64,000 nucleotides of DNA from Catajapyx aquilonaris (GCA_000934665.2 JYFJ02001451.1:1-64000); one strand, 5' to 3'. Shown: positions 38,601 to 51,512, counted from the stretch's first letter. Numbers and translations: made by a program. The notes: generated by a model not told the origin, from the letters alone.

Positions 38601-38860
38601 CTTCTGGGGAATGTCCAGTTCACAAGCACTGCACTGTCCACACCGTCATCATCACCCACGATTATTGTCACACACTTAAAATGTCAGCACCTGCAGCAAC
38701 TAATAGCTAGATAGAGGAGGACGAACAAGAAGAGGAGGACGAGCAAGAGAGGCCAGCAACCGAGCGGCCCAACCTGCCGAATGTGTGTGTGCTTCTCCTG
38801 CAAGTCGGCCGTGGCGCACTGCTGGCTCTGCTAGCACGAACACAGCCGACACGCTCACGT
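38601..38860 (-). other. Candidate non-coding 5' exon / promoter region of SoxF
   Basis: Coding exon 1 begins at a splice acceptor, so an upstream exon is needed; a consensus donor AAG|GTGAGT lies at 38601/38600, at the end of a GC-rich, UTR-like segment. Confidence 0.35.
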
Positions 38861-39149
38861 GACCCAAACCTCCCAACAACCGCTCCACCTCCTCCACTTC
38901 TCCAAGCAGGCCAACCCTCGTCCACCATACGACACCCGGACTCATCGAGATGGCCATGCAGAAACACATCAGTCCCAAATCCATCGAAAACTAATCTCCA
39001 CTACAGTGACCAGTATAGTCACCATGACTAGTCAACATGACAGGAATTCTGTTGGCGTCAAACGTTCAGAATTCCTTCACGAACATTGACATTTAATGGG
39101 GTTGGCAACACTGAGTCGATATACAGTTGAGTTGTGGTGGGCCGGGTCC

Positions 39150-39420
39150 AGACCAGGCCCACTTTCATCGAGCCCATGTAAAATCCCATTAAGAGTGTCG
39201 TACTGGTGGCGCCACCAGACGCTGGCGGCAAAATAGCGAATCTAAGCAATGTATACAGGTCGCTCTTCTTGCCGCCAGCCGCCAGCCGTGCGACACTATC
39301 AATGGAATTTACATGGACTCGATGAAAGTGGCGCCTGGTCTAAAAGAGCGACCAGTACATTGCTTATATTCGCTATTTTGCCGCCAACTGCTGACGGCGC
39401 CATCAGTACGACACTCTCCA
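39150..39420. mobile_element. Composite of family B arms and a second inverted-repeat element
   Basis: B arms at 39193-39270 and 39343-39416 bounded by TTAA; separate inverted pair at 39150-39188 and 39303-39341. Confidence 0.7.
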
Positions 39421-39424
39421 TTAA

Positions 39425-40215
39425 ACAGCTATTATCAGTAGTTATAAAGAATATTATTAGTTTTTCACCAAGCTGCTTATTAAGTAGTTACTTTTATGAG
39501 CCGTCAAGAATATTGGCCAGCTTATTATTAAAACAGAAACTATTATTGGCTATGTAGAATATTAGCTTCCATCCAGCTGCTTACACTATAAAGGAGTTAC
39601 TTTTTAATGAGTTGTCAAGAGTATTGGCTACCACGCAGCTGTCAATTATTAAGCAGTTACTTTTATGAGCCATCACGAATATTAGCTTCAACTAAGCTGC
39701 TTATATGAAACAGTTACTATTACCAAAAGCGCTGTTATTGGTTATATGAGTAAGTTGATATTAGTTTAGTTTAGCAGTTACTTTAATGAGTTATCAAGAG
39801 TATTGGCTACCACCCAGCTGCTAATTATGAAGCAGTTACTTTTATGAGCCATCGAGAATATTAGCTTCAACTATAAGCTACTTATATTAAACAGTTGATA
39901 TTAGTTTAGTTTAGCAGTTAATTTAATGAGTTATCAAGAGTATTGGCTACCACCCAGCTGCTAATTATGAAGCAGTTACTTTTATGAGCCATCGAGAATA
40001 TTAGCTTCAACTAAGCTACTTATATTAAACAGTTGCTATTATTATTGGTTATGAGTATGTTGATATTAGTTTAGTTCAGCAGTTAATTTCAATGAGTTAT
40101 CATAAGCATTAGCTTCCACCAGCTGCTTACTAATTATAAGGAGTTACTTTTATGCGTTATCAAGAGTGTATAGTACGATTAGCTGCCACCCAGTTACTTT
40201 TATGAGATACAAGAA
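39425..40215. repeat. Degenerate tandem repeat (about 60-bp subunits, 140-bp higher-order period)
   Basis: AGCAGTTACTTTTATGAG..TCAAGAATATTAGCT recurs; identical blocks start at 39791 and 39931. Confidence 0.85.
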
Positions 40216-40724
40216 TATTGCCTTCAACGGCTTCAACTAAACTCGCAGTATCATTATACAGAAATTGCGGAATGCATCTATGCATGGCTTCTGCGTGAAC
40301 GTGTGTGTCCTCCTTATTGGCAGGAAACCATTGTCGCCATTTCCCAACAATCCGGATGAAATTAATACCGTACGTACGACCCCCTAAACTTCCGGAGCAG
40401 CAAAGTGGGCCCAAGGGTTGTCCTTGGACAAAATTTTGTGCCGGCAATTCATGACCCCGCTTCTTTTTTTTCATACTTTCATTGCGCAGGTTACCGCATG
40501 AGAGAGGGGGGGTTGTGCAAGAATATATATGCCGAAGACCCATTAACCCGGACTGCCTTCACCTCTCTTTCGATTTTTCTCTCACTCGCTCGCCATTGTC
40601 CACCGAGCGACTTTTTGGTGTGTCAAAATATTTAAAAACAGGTCCACATCCGCTATATACACTCTTACGAAAGATCGCTTAATTACATGCTTATTCCTAC
40701 AACAATACCTGTATGTAATATTCC

Positions 40725-41071
40725 ACTGGGCAGGTATGAGCCAAATTTGGCAACAGAGGGCCGGTATAACGCGAGGTGGACGACGCACTCCTGTTGCGTA
40801 CGCGCATCGGGATCTACCTGTAGGAATCCGCAATCTAATCTCAGATCGCGCATGCGCGTTCCTACAGGTAGAGCCCGATGCGCATGCGCAACAGGAGTGC
40901 GTCGTCCACCTCGCGTTATACCGGCCCTCTGTTGCCAAATTTGGCTCATACCTGCCCAGTAGAAACCGGAGTGCGTCATCTACCTCGCGTTATACCGGTT
41001 CTCAAATCTACCTGAGCAATCGGAGCTCAGGTCGCGCATGCGCATTCCTACAGGTAGATCCCGATGTGCAT
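40725..41071. mobile_element. Palindromic element family E (236-bp hairpin at 40725-40960) plus duplicated arm fragments
   Basis: Near-perfect inverted arms of about 100 bp ACTGGGCAGGTATGAGCCAAATTTGGCAACAGAGGG...; sub-fragments are repeated at 40967-41071. Confidence 0.75.
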
Positions 41072-44000
41072 GATCGGCCGGAGCAGTTCCCCGTGTGATG
41101 TCGACCAAACTGTTAAAATAAGCTTGTATCAACTTGTTTGCATTATAATTTCCATCAATATGCCCTGTTACACTCTTGCCGATTCTATTAATAGCATCCA
41201 CCCCCGCAATAAGTGATCTTGGCCTTGCCTCGACCCGCCGTTTTTTTAAACAAAAAAAAATTTACACATGCAATCTGATTCCGGCATCCAGCTCACCATT
41301 GTTCTTATCCCCCCCCCCCTCGACTTACGTGTACAGTACTGGATACTAAAAGTTTTGTTTACCTGACCCAATTCCAAACAGGCCGATTCATGGAGCCCGC
41401 TCGCTCCTGGCTCCAACTCCTGATAATAAGTACACTTATAGGCTGCCTACATAGTACGTGTGCATGTGTTCTCTCGGTAATTCTTTTTTTCCCCCTTTCC
41501 ATGTGTGACGTCAACATGTGAGTCCGAAAGTGATATTGCAGGAGCTTATTGCGCAAGACTTTCAGATTAGAAAACGTGTGTCAAATCGTCGTGAGCGTGT
41601 ACCACAGGGTGGGCTTCCAACAATTCATCGTGATATTGCCTTAACGAATTTGTAGGTAGTGGTCCACCCTGTAATATTTGACATGTCCACACGAAAATTC
41701 TCTTTTGATGCAGCATCATCAGTCGAGCCAGGGAATTGATTGGGATTGGATACAATTCAATCTGGGCTCCTGTCTAGCCCGGCTTGCCAAAGTGAATGAT
41801 GCTGCTCAACGTTTTGGATATGTCGCTAATTGTTCTTTTGATGAGAGAGGAGCCCTCTCCTTTCCCATCAATCCAATCTCTCATTGCGAACCGCGGACGG
41901 GGAAATTAACCTTGTCCGAAAAAATGATTACGCTTTTCCTATTACGAGCTTGCACGCTTGATGGAAATGACATGTTGTGGCCAGGGAGACGGTGCTCTTT
42001 TTTTGCACACTATTGCAGGATTCGTCGCAATATTTCTGCAATGAGCTCCAATTGCTTTTGGAATGCACAAGGTCAGGAGCGCACAAAAAGCAACGCGGGA
42101 TTGACAAACAAGTCAACGTGTGATCTACGATCTGTTTGATATACTGCAACTTGTACGAAAACAACTTGATCCCAATTAATTAGGGTGAGTATAATGATGG
42201 AAATGCTGACATCAGAGGGTGTCTTGCAACTTTATGATCCATCCTATATGACCCTGAAGTGAGTGATGATGTACCAACTTTTTGTCTATAAATAAATGGG
42301 CTTGACGTGGGTGTCAATCTGCCGAAATCGGACAGCCAACTGTCCCCGATCGGATCTAGAAACGAGGTTACACATCAACTCGATCCCCTCCCGTTATCTC
42401 GATCACGTCCTTTTTCGTGAGCACCCGATGTATATTGATTCTTCATCCAAAGCTTTTATCTCCTACCGGTAATCTTCTGGCCTTCTCAAAGTACACACAG
42501 CACCTCCTCCCCGGCATTGTATACACAAGGTGGTGCATACCTCGAGTCCACAGTCCAACCCAGGGAGTTGTTTAGGCTAGCAATCGACAGAAGCAACAAT
42601 CATTGCTGGAGTGGACAACCCCAGCCTGCTACATACATCACCACCTTGATATAAATCAAAAAAGCGGCGCACACCTTTTCATGCAAAATTTACGCCAATT
42701 ACCGCCTGCAGGTGCCGGGGCCGTGATAAATGATGACATGAGACTTGACACCGGCCACAAGTGGCAATAAACACGCGAAATATTTTTTTTTTGATATATC
42801 CTTCCCTGAGTTGCTACCTTTTTTTCCGGTTCGCGTTTCCTGCTGAACAACCTTAACAAAAAAAATTTTTTTGGAGCCTACTAACCACAAACGCACACAC
42901 AAAAAAAATTGGTGGCTTTTTTTTCTTTTTGCATCGCCTAAAAAGCGTGGCGTGCGTTACGGCACTCTTCACGACCTAGGCCAATACGACGTAAGTGGAG
43001 GCATGCGACTCCTCAACCGTACATAGTTATAGACTCTACAGCAAGTCATTTTCCTCGCTATTATCAACCTTGTTTGTCTGCAGGTTCACTAAAGAAGTGT
43101 ACTCGTCCATATCATTTGACATGTCAGCTTACATAAATTATGGAACACCCGGTTGTGCATATGACCAACTCATCCAGATGGGAGTAGCCCCCATGGCGGC
43201 ATCTCCTTTGATCCGATTCATCGCTCGATTATAGACCTAAAAATCGGCAGGTGGATGCTGCCAAGGTTGGAGGAAGAGAAAACCTGGCCCCGAAAGAAGA
43301 AGAAGAAGCTGGGCCTTCCCTTTTTTTTTTCTTCCAGGCCTGGGCCTGACATGTGCGAAATACCGGGCTACGCCCCTGTCGTGTTAGTGATGCCGGGGTA
43401 CCTCCTCCGTGTCAAGGCATTCCGTGCTGCTCGTTCACTCTACCTCTGACCCATTTCTGTGTGTGTGTTGCTCAGAGCCCAAGTTGCTGCTGGCTGCTGC
43501 AGCAAATAAGCAAGGAGACAGCCAAGCAAGAGTGCCATCCTGTCGTATCTTGATGGCGATGGACACAGCTGATATACGCACCAAGACACGTCAACTCATC
43601 ACGCACACATCTCTTAACTCGTCAAAAACATATATCACTATCAGGATTGTAAAATTTGCGGATATTTCCCCGCAAATATTTGTGGGGTCAGGTGTCTTTG
43701 CGATGATTTAACCCGGGCAAGTGAAAGTGCGGTGACACTTTCTGATGGTTGATGAGTACAGGGTGTTGCCCTAGATGGGTCCACTTTTGGCCTCGAGAGT
43801 TTTTCTTTGCCCTCCTCCTCTTACTTGAAGGGAGGTTAGCCAAGAGACTTTTGGAGGGGGGCTGCTGTGAGTCACAGAGCCTTTGGTTCGTTCTTCACGC
43901 TTTCCGCCGACACTAACCCCGATTCTGGGCCCCAAGAGTTTCCTTCCGCTGCTCGAACAGATTGCCGGGCGGGGGTCGCCTTGTGTATGTACACAACCAA

Positions 44001-46871
44001 GACCTATCTTAAGACGGTCGAGACGATCCTCATTGCGGAGCATTGCAATTATTGGGATAATAACCATCAAAGCAAAAGAGTGCTGCTTTAATCCCGGTAC
44101 GCAACACATATCGGGCGAAACAGATGAGACAGCCAAAATCAGAGCCTGGTTTGCAACAAAGGGACCGTGTTCACAATGGTGCAATTAATACGATTGCTAC
44201 ATGCGTCAGACAATGGGACGCTTCGTTAAAAAAGTCGAGATATCGCAGCGGTGGAGATGTTTCTTGTTCTTTGAAATTTGCGAAAAAGTGAGGCTATAGA
44301 TAGACTACTGAAAAGTCAGGCATGAGGAAAATGATCGCGGTTTATTCGAGGAGTTGTTTACCCCCCCCCCCCCCNCCCCCCAGCAACCAGTCTAAATTAG
44401 CACTTGCCCTGATAGTCCCTGCTTTCCTGCCGTTTCGCCTCCTGTGGCCAAGGATGACCTCGGAGGTCAAGTCCAATGTGCTAAAAACCTTCCCCGTTAA
44501 AAACTACCCCTAAAGATCACCCTGGGGTTTACGACGAGTCCTCCGTAATGATTTGCATCGGGAACAAGGGGACATACGTTGTGAAATATGTATAAGATTA
44601 CATTGTTGGTTGTACATTGTTGGTTGACAATATTGGTATCGTGGCAACCAACAATGTAATATTCTGCTAAGTGTCCAGATTTTAGAGTCACCCCATGTAA
44701 AAAAATAAATACTAAAGTATAATAAATGTATAGAGAAAAATTGAATAGTTATTGTGCGGCATGGTTTCTTTCCTGGATGTCGCGAGACTTAGGCCAAGTT
44801 GGTAATAAATTTTACTGGTGACTATACCGGACGGACGGTGTAAAAAAAAAAAAACAGTTCTAGAACTAATCTGAATATTTACGGAGTGCTCGAAAGTATT
44901 TTTCCTGTATCCATTTGATGCGGTACGTTTTTTGAAGGGAGCACTTGTATATAAAAAGTACATTTTCATAGAGAAAAACTTAAATTATACTAAAACCTTT
45001 GGATATATTGTTGCAACAATAACAAGTAGGAGGATCTCATTGAACTGATTGTTGGAGTAAACAATCCTCCCTTTTTTGCAGTGTCGGATCCTTACTGCTA
45101 TGTAATGAATGCCTGGACATTAGGACGTCTTAATTTTGAGGCCGCTCCGAAGTCGTATATTCCAAAGTCAGCCATGAGGAAAATTGACTTTGGTTCGGAA
45201 AAAGAGTCAAACGAAATGATTGAGTGTGACGATTCCAGTGTGCACTTCATGGGCGTGCGGCTTCCAGTGGAAGGAAGAAAAAGTAATTGGAAATTACCTG
45301 CCATGCTTGACTATATATACGACGGTTTTAAATGAATGAAAAAAAAGGTGACCACACCTGCAAAATAACATCTTCCTTTTTTTAAAAACAAGTCTACGAG
45401 ATGAACTGTAGGCGGTTGAAAAATTGACGCCAGCTGAATTTTTGGTTCCAAAATGAATTTTATGACGCCAAATTATTTACACCATTTATCAACAGGCCAT
45501 GGGATACAAAAATGGACATTTAAAAAAAAGTTTTTCGACTCATGTCCGATATAATAGCTTCATAATTAAACCTCCAACAACTTGACTACCTGCCAAATAA
45601 TTATTGATGTATAACCGTTACGTATGGTTGGAAAAAAAAGCTCAGCAGGTGCTTGCGATGTAGGTCTGGTTATATGAGTCAGCACATTTCGCGGTTGGAG
45701 ATTATATTAACATATCAAACCATATAACAGCACACAGATTGACTGCTAGTTAATGTCCAACTATACAATGAGCTGTACGGTGACGATTTTAGTTTGCAAA
45801 ATACTCATATTAAAGTTTTAATGAAGCTTGGCCAAAACATGTCAGCGACCCAATCTTATCAAATTTAATTTGCACTTACGTCATTAGTTCATACCGGAAA
45901 TGTCATATGATGAGTTGCTGTTGTTGTATGCTACAAGTAAATTAATTGTCAAAGAATAAAAGGTGTGTAACCGACTTTAAGTGCCACCCTGTATGGGAGT
46001 TGCCCGAGATTGATGCGGATTATTAGTAACGCTTTGTGAAATTTCACGCTCGACAACATTATGCAAACCCACTTTACACATGAAATACGTCAATTTCCTT
46101 CCCCCCTTTTTTTCATTAAAAAAATTTAAAAACCTGCCCTGAACCTGCACACAGAAAAATCCGGCTGATTAATGGACAAGGGGCTCATGGTTGTGTAAAC
46201 CCGGGCCAACACCCGCAATCATTATACGCCAAATACATCTAATAAACCTCTTTCGAATAATCATCTCCTCCCTGAAACGGATGTCTTCAGTTCGGTTTTT
46301 ATTCTGTGCTTGACTTTTTTAAAAAAATACCAGTTAGACCGGCACAGAGGTCTCCGGTTGTCGTTGGCTGGTTACGAACTTCCTGAACCGTACCGTAGGC
46401 GCCATTTTATCTGATTTGGAACGGAATAACCTGCCTGGAATTGGACTGCAGGAAGGTTCATCCTTGGCGAAACCGGACCCAGTTTTCTCACAGTAAAGAT
46501 TATTATTGGGAGGGGTGGATGGGGGTTGTGGGGGGCACAGGAAGTGATGTGGGCAGGTCCGAACCATGCTCACTCGGTATACACGACGAGGTGCTGGGAA
46601 ACGGTACAAAATATATATTAATCGGTTCATCAACACAAGGAGGTATGAGAAGAGAAGCCAACCAACACACTATCATTAAAAGTTACAACAAAATTTTAAT
46701 AGCCTCTAATCCTATTCTACCTCCAGAGAATAAAGCTGCAAGGCTCGGTATTTAAAAAAACCCGCACTAATACTGATGTAACACCTGTCAGAAATTATAC
46801 GGCGCTTAATAGCTGATGAGGAACCCGCTCATTACATAAGATTGTGAACATTGCCACGCATAAAATTTTAC

Positions 46872-47243
46872 GAGATAGTGTTCAGCTCAATTTTAGATAT
46901 AAAACTATAGAAAAACTCTCGCTCTTTTCTAGGCCTACGGCCTGGGGTACCTATTCGGCGCACCATATCGCCGGGGAATGGACAGTTTCCCCGGCAACCC
47001 AACAGGAGTTGTTTACACCAAATTGCGCATGAGTAGTACGCGGGCCAATGGAGAGGTGGCGGTAACAATATGCGGCGGACCAATCAGAGGGCTCGGCCAA
47101 CTCCCGCAAGGATTTTAATATATTATAGATTGAGCTGAACACTATCTCCTTCAACAACACTATTGGCCAAAAAATGTGGGAAAATGTAGTAGGTACAGTG
47201 TATTACATTTCCCCTCATTTTTTTGGCCAATAGTGTTGTTGAA
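46872..47243. mobile_element. TIR element family F (46872-47148) with an adjacent or nested 94-bp hairpin (47150-47243)
   Basis: 20-bp perfect IR GAGATAGTGTTCAGCTCAAT; second IR TTCAACAACACTATTGGCCAAAAAA; interior matches 56373-56566. Confidence 0.7.
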
Positions 47244-47489
47244 TAAAATTCGACAACCGCGGGTTTGATGAACTCAAATTAAGCGGAATTCAGCCTCCAT
47301 ATACAAGCAGTCCCGACTTACGTAGCCTAGACTTACGTAGATCCTGACTTACGTATTTAAAAAATCCGTCGTAAGCAAAAAAAAATTGCAAAAGTCACAG
47401 AAAAACATTTTTTGAGGGGGGGGGGGGGAATGTAGTTTTGTAGATTTTTTCGATCACATTAGCTCAAATAAAATGCGTATTTGTCTATA

Positions 47490-47678
47490 CAGGGTGTCCC
47501 AAGTTCAACTGATGAATATCAGAGATTTTGCGCCAAATGTAGCAGCTACATCTGAAATGTTACCTCTTCGGCGTCATATGCTATGGTCACCATTTTTGTG
47601 ATATAAATAAAAAAAAATCTCCCTCGATCACGCGTTATTGGATTCTACGTGCTCGTCACTTGAACTTGGGACACCCTG
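47490..47678. mobile_element. Tc1/mariner-type MITE, 189 bp
   Basis: TA|CAGGGTGTCCCAAGTTCAA ... TTGAACTTGGGACACCCTG|TA. Confidence 0.8.
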
Positions 47679-48439
47679 TATATAAAATAATGGTTTTAAA
47701 ATAGCCCAACCTGATTGCTCCTCTCGTGTTTTCGAGTCTTTGGTGTTGATACGCGGTTGCCAATGACGCAACATCAGTATTTAAAACCGAATGTTTTCTT
47801 AGCAGCTTCCTGCTCGCCATTATATCAGCGAATCGCCTCTCGAATGTGCAGTTTTTCTCGGGATGTAAATGATGCCATTAATGAATGAACTGCTGGAAAC
47901 ACGAACCCCATCACTTTCAGAGTGTATACTGACCTACTTCAAACGCGTGTTTTATCTGAGCAATAACCCACCACCACCACTTTTATGCCGTTTGCCATTA
48001 AAGCACCAGCATAACACTTCTACTCATAATTACTGCATATGTGCTTGCAAGGGGTCAAAGGCCAGGGTGTCCAATGCAAGGAACCCTCAAGGTTGAACCC
48101 ACAGGTGTGAATTATTGGAGCAGAAACGTGGTCTCTCGGAGGTCACACACGTAACTGTGGGGTGGTTCATTTGATCCTGCCCAAGTCTCCGATGCAGACG
48201 AAAATATTGGCGGATTGTTCACCCTGTAGCAGTACATAATAACCTCAAGTCGTGCGTCTCCTTTTTATTATTAGAAGAAAGAGAGAGAGAGAGAAAAACT
48301 GCGGAGATAACTTTTTCAAGAATTTCATTGTTAATCTCGGTCAGTTTCCCCTTTTGCTCTGGGAAGAAAACACCGGCTAATTACGGTCAGATAGTCATCG
48401 CGTGGGGGGGCTTCGCCTTGGAGGACACTCAACCCTTAC

Positions 48440-48473
48440 GATGATGATGATGATGATGATAATGATGATGATG
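48440..48473. repeat. (GAT)n microsatellite
   Basis: About 11 GAT units with one interruption. Confidence 0.85.
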
Positions 48474-50711
48474 CCCACGTACATTACAGTATAATATTTC
48501 CCCGCGAAGGTTCTCTCCGGATTAATGCCACATTTTGAGGACAGCACGATTAAATTGTTGACAAATTAAATAATCTGACCGTGATGCACGCGCAGGAGGT
48601 TAAGAGTTTCTCAAGAAAAAGTGCATCGGACATTTTACAATGGTTCAGGCAAACTTCCAGGGCCAGGAACAAACTCGGTGTATCGATCGGGCAGATCTGA
48701 AGCGATGGAAGTGTCGTAGGCTGTGTTTGCTGCGCAGGACATGTGAAATTGGCTCTTGATAATATTGTGTAACGAGGATTTTGGTGACCAAATTATTTCT
48801 TCACAGTAAATCGTTTGATGCTCAGAAAGTCACCTTTCGGATGTACTGTAACAGTTAGCAGCTAATTAATAATCCATAATGAAAGATTGAGCACTTGCAT
48901 ATATCTCTTATCATTGCCGGATATATTAAGTTATCGCAATAATTGCAATTTTATCTGATTTCCTTTAAATGCCTGTAATTAAATTATATAATAACGTTGT
49001 TGCTCAACATGATTAGAATCTGAAAATTTGTATAGGGCTGATCTCTGTACACTCAAATTGTCCATTACAGGCGTATCGTGATAAGAGTGATCCCGAAAAA
49101 AAATTAATGCCCTTAATGATCAATATGTAATCAAGAAGCCATACATTTCTAAATTTCTGGACGAAATTTGTTGCCAAAAACCGACTTTTCACTTAATATT
49201 TACCTTCAATTATTAATAATATTTTTTAAACATGCGATACTTTTTCCAGCCAGCCCATATCGTTCGATCAACAATTAATAAAAATCCCTCATCCACATTT
49301 CTGCGATACTGTAATCTACTAAGACCGCGATTGTATCAACAGTTAATTTAGGAGGAAAAATCTGATGATCATGCCTTTGTGATATCTATACAATCCATTG
49401 ATAATAATCGAAGATGTTTGCCTCGATTTTTATTCATACATAACCGGACCACCGGACATTGCCAAAATCCTCACACTACACTGCGACAATAACACATGCT
49501 CACTTCCTGCACGCAATAAAAGACCTAGCTAAAGTGGTCCTAACTGTTTGTGACTTTTTTCCTCGCCAAATCGAATAGCCAGTCAACGACTTTGCAGAAA
49601 ACTGAACCAACCCCCTTTAATTTTCCAGCAGGAAGACCTGGGCCAATTTCTTTTTTTTCCCCTCACATGTTATAATATGCGATCGAGCCAAAAGTTTTTC
49701 TGAGGGGGGCAGAAGAGGAGCTTCAGTTCTGAAAACCGACCATAGCCGAGTGGACAAGAATGCACGATAATCGGGGGTGAAAGAGCTAGAAAATAATAAA
49801 TACGCGCGCAGACATGGAGGACGTGGGAACCGGAAACGGCAATAAGTGCTGGTGAAACCTGCGCCCGCTTTCCACCCAACTAACCAAATCCCTTCGGATG
49901 GGAATTCTTGCAACGGACGATAAGGAAAGAAGCAAGAAGAAGAAAAAAAATTATATATGATGGTAACCTGCGCGGGGGGAGTCGACCCGACCCGGGGCAC
50001 TGCTCCTTTGGTTTGGGTCTCCGGAAGTTAAAAATTCTTCAGTGGACTATAAATGCTGATGACACTCCTGGTGACATCCCCTGACAAGTTGGCATCCTCG
50101 CATCACGCACTCTTGCCCTCTGCTGTTGCGTGAGTTGAACTACAGCCTCTGTCCGTATAATTAAAACGAAAGAGTGACACATGAGGCCACATGTCGCAGG
50201 AACCAGATTCGCGGCTATTACTCTCCCGGGGGTGTCATCATGTGAGGAACAAAGTACCTTAGCCACTAATGGCTGGCGGCTTCTCCACCCACCCTCCTAC
50301 CCGGTCCCAAGTCTTGATGTCAGGTCAGATAATCGTGATTACTAGTGCAAAATTTTCGATGGACTGAAACCTGTTCCATGGTCAGCACCGTGAATCCGCT
50401 TTCAGGGAAAACATTCCCACTGTGTACAGCAGGGTGGGGGTATGAGGGGGGTGGTGGTGGTGNGGGGGGGTTGGACAGGTGAACTCGTACATTTGGAGTC
50501 GGGTCAAGTCATTAAAATGCAGTACCGGTACGCCGTAATGTATTTCGCAGCGGCATTGTTTCCGATGATGTTTCAAAGTAACAGTTTTCGGTTACAACCA
50601 TGCAGACATGCGACAAATCGAAAATTAGGGTGAGCCAGATATAAAAACGAGATAAATAGTTACTCCGGGGCAAGATATTCCCCGTAATGCTAATTTAACA
50701 TTAACAGGAAT

Positions 50712-51512
50712 GGTAAGTTAACCGTGAAGTAAGTTATTCCAGAGGTATACTTGTACGTATATCATAAGTTACTCCTGAGGTAAGTTACTCCTGAAGTAAG
50801 TTATTCCTGAAGTTAGTGACTCATGAAGTAAGTTACTCCTGATGTAAGTTACTCCTGATGTAAGTTACTCCTGAAGTTACTCCTGAAGTTACTCCTGAGG
50901 TAAATTACTCCTGAAGTTACTCCTGATGTAAGTTACTCCTGAAGTTACTCCTGATGTAAGCTACTCCTGAAGTTACTCCTTAGGTATAAGCTACTCCTGA
51001 AGTAGAAGCTACTCCTGAAGTTACTCCTTAGGTATAGGCTACTCCTGAAGTTACTCCTGATGTAAGTTACTCCTGAAGTTACTCCTGATGTATAAGCTAC
51101 TCCTGAAGTTACTCCTTAGGTATAAGCTACTCCTGAAGTTACTCCTTAGGTGTAAGCTACTCCTGAAGTTACTCCTTAGGTATAAGCTACTCCTGAAGTT
51201 ACTCCTGAGGTAGAAGCTACTCCTGAAGACTTCAGGAGTAGCTTATACCTAAGGAGTAACTTCAGGCTGAAGTTACTCCTCATTAGGTATAAGCTACTCC
51301 TGAAGTTACTCCTTAGGTATAAGCTACTCCTGAAGTTACTCCTTAGGTGTAAGCTACTCCTGAAGTTACTCCTTAGGTATAAGCTACTCCTGAAGTTACT
51401 CCTTAGGTATAAGTTACACCTGAAGTTACTCTTATGTAAGATTTATATATAGGCCTGCTCCTGAAGTAAGTTACTCCAGAGTGAGGTCCCGAGGGAAGTT
51501 ACTCCCGAGGTA
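50712..51512. repeat. Minisatellite of GTTACTCCTGAA-based 12/16/30-bp units
   Basis: Dozens of GTTACTCC/GCTACTCC units; later portion has a 30-bp higher-order unit GTATAAGCTACTCCTGAAGTTACTCCTTAG. Confidence 0.95.

Noticed and set aside
40582..41201. Several overlapping 73-120 aa ORFs with mirrored sequences
   Set aside because: Artefact of the family E palindrome.
50712..51512. Possible CRISPR-like array
   Set aside because: No unique spacers, variable unit length, eukaryotic context and no cas genes; it is a minisatellite.
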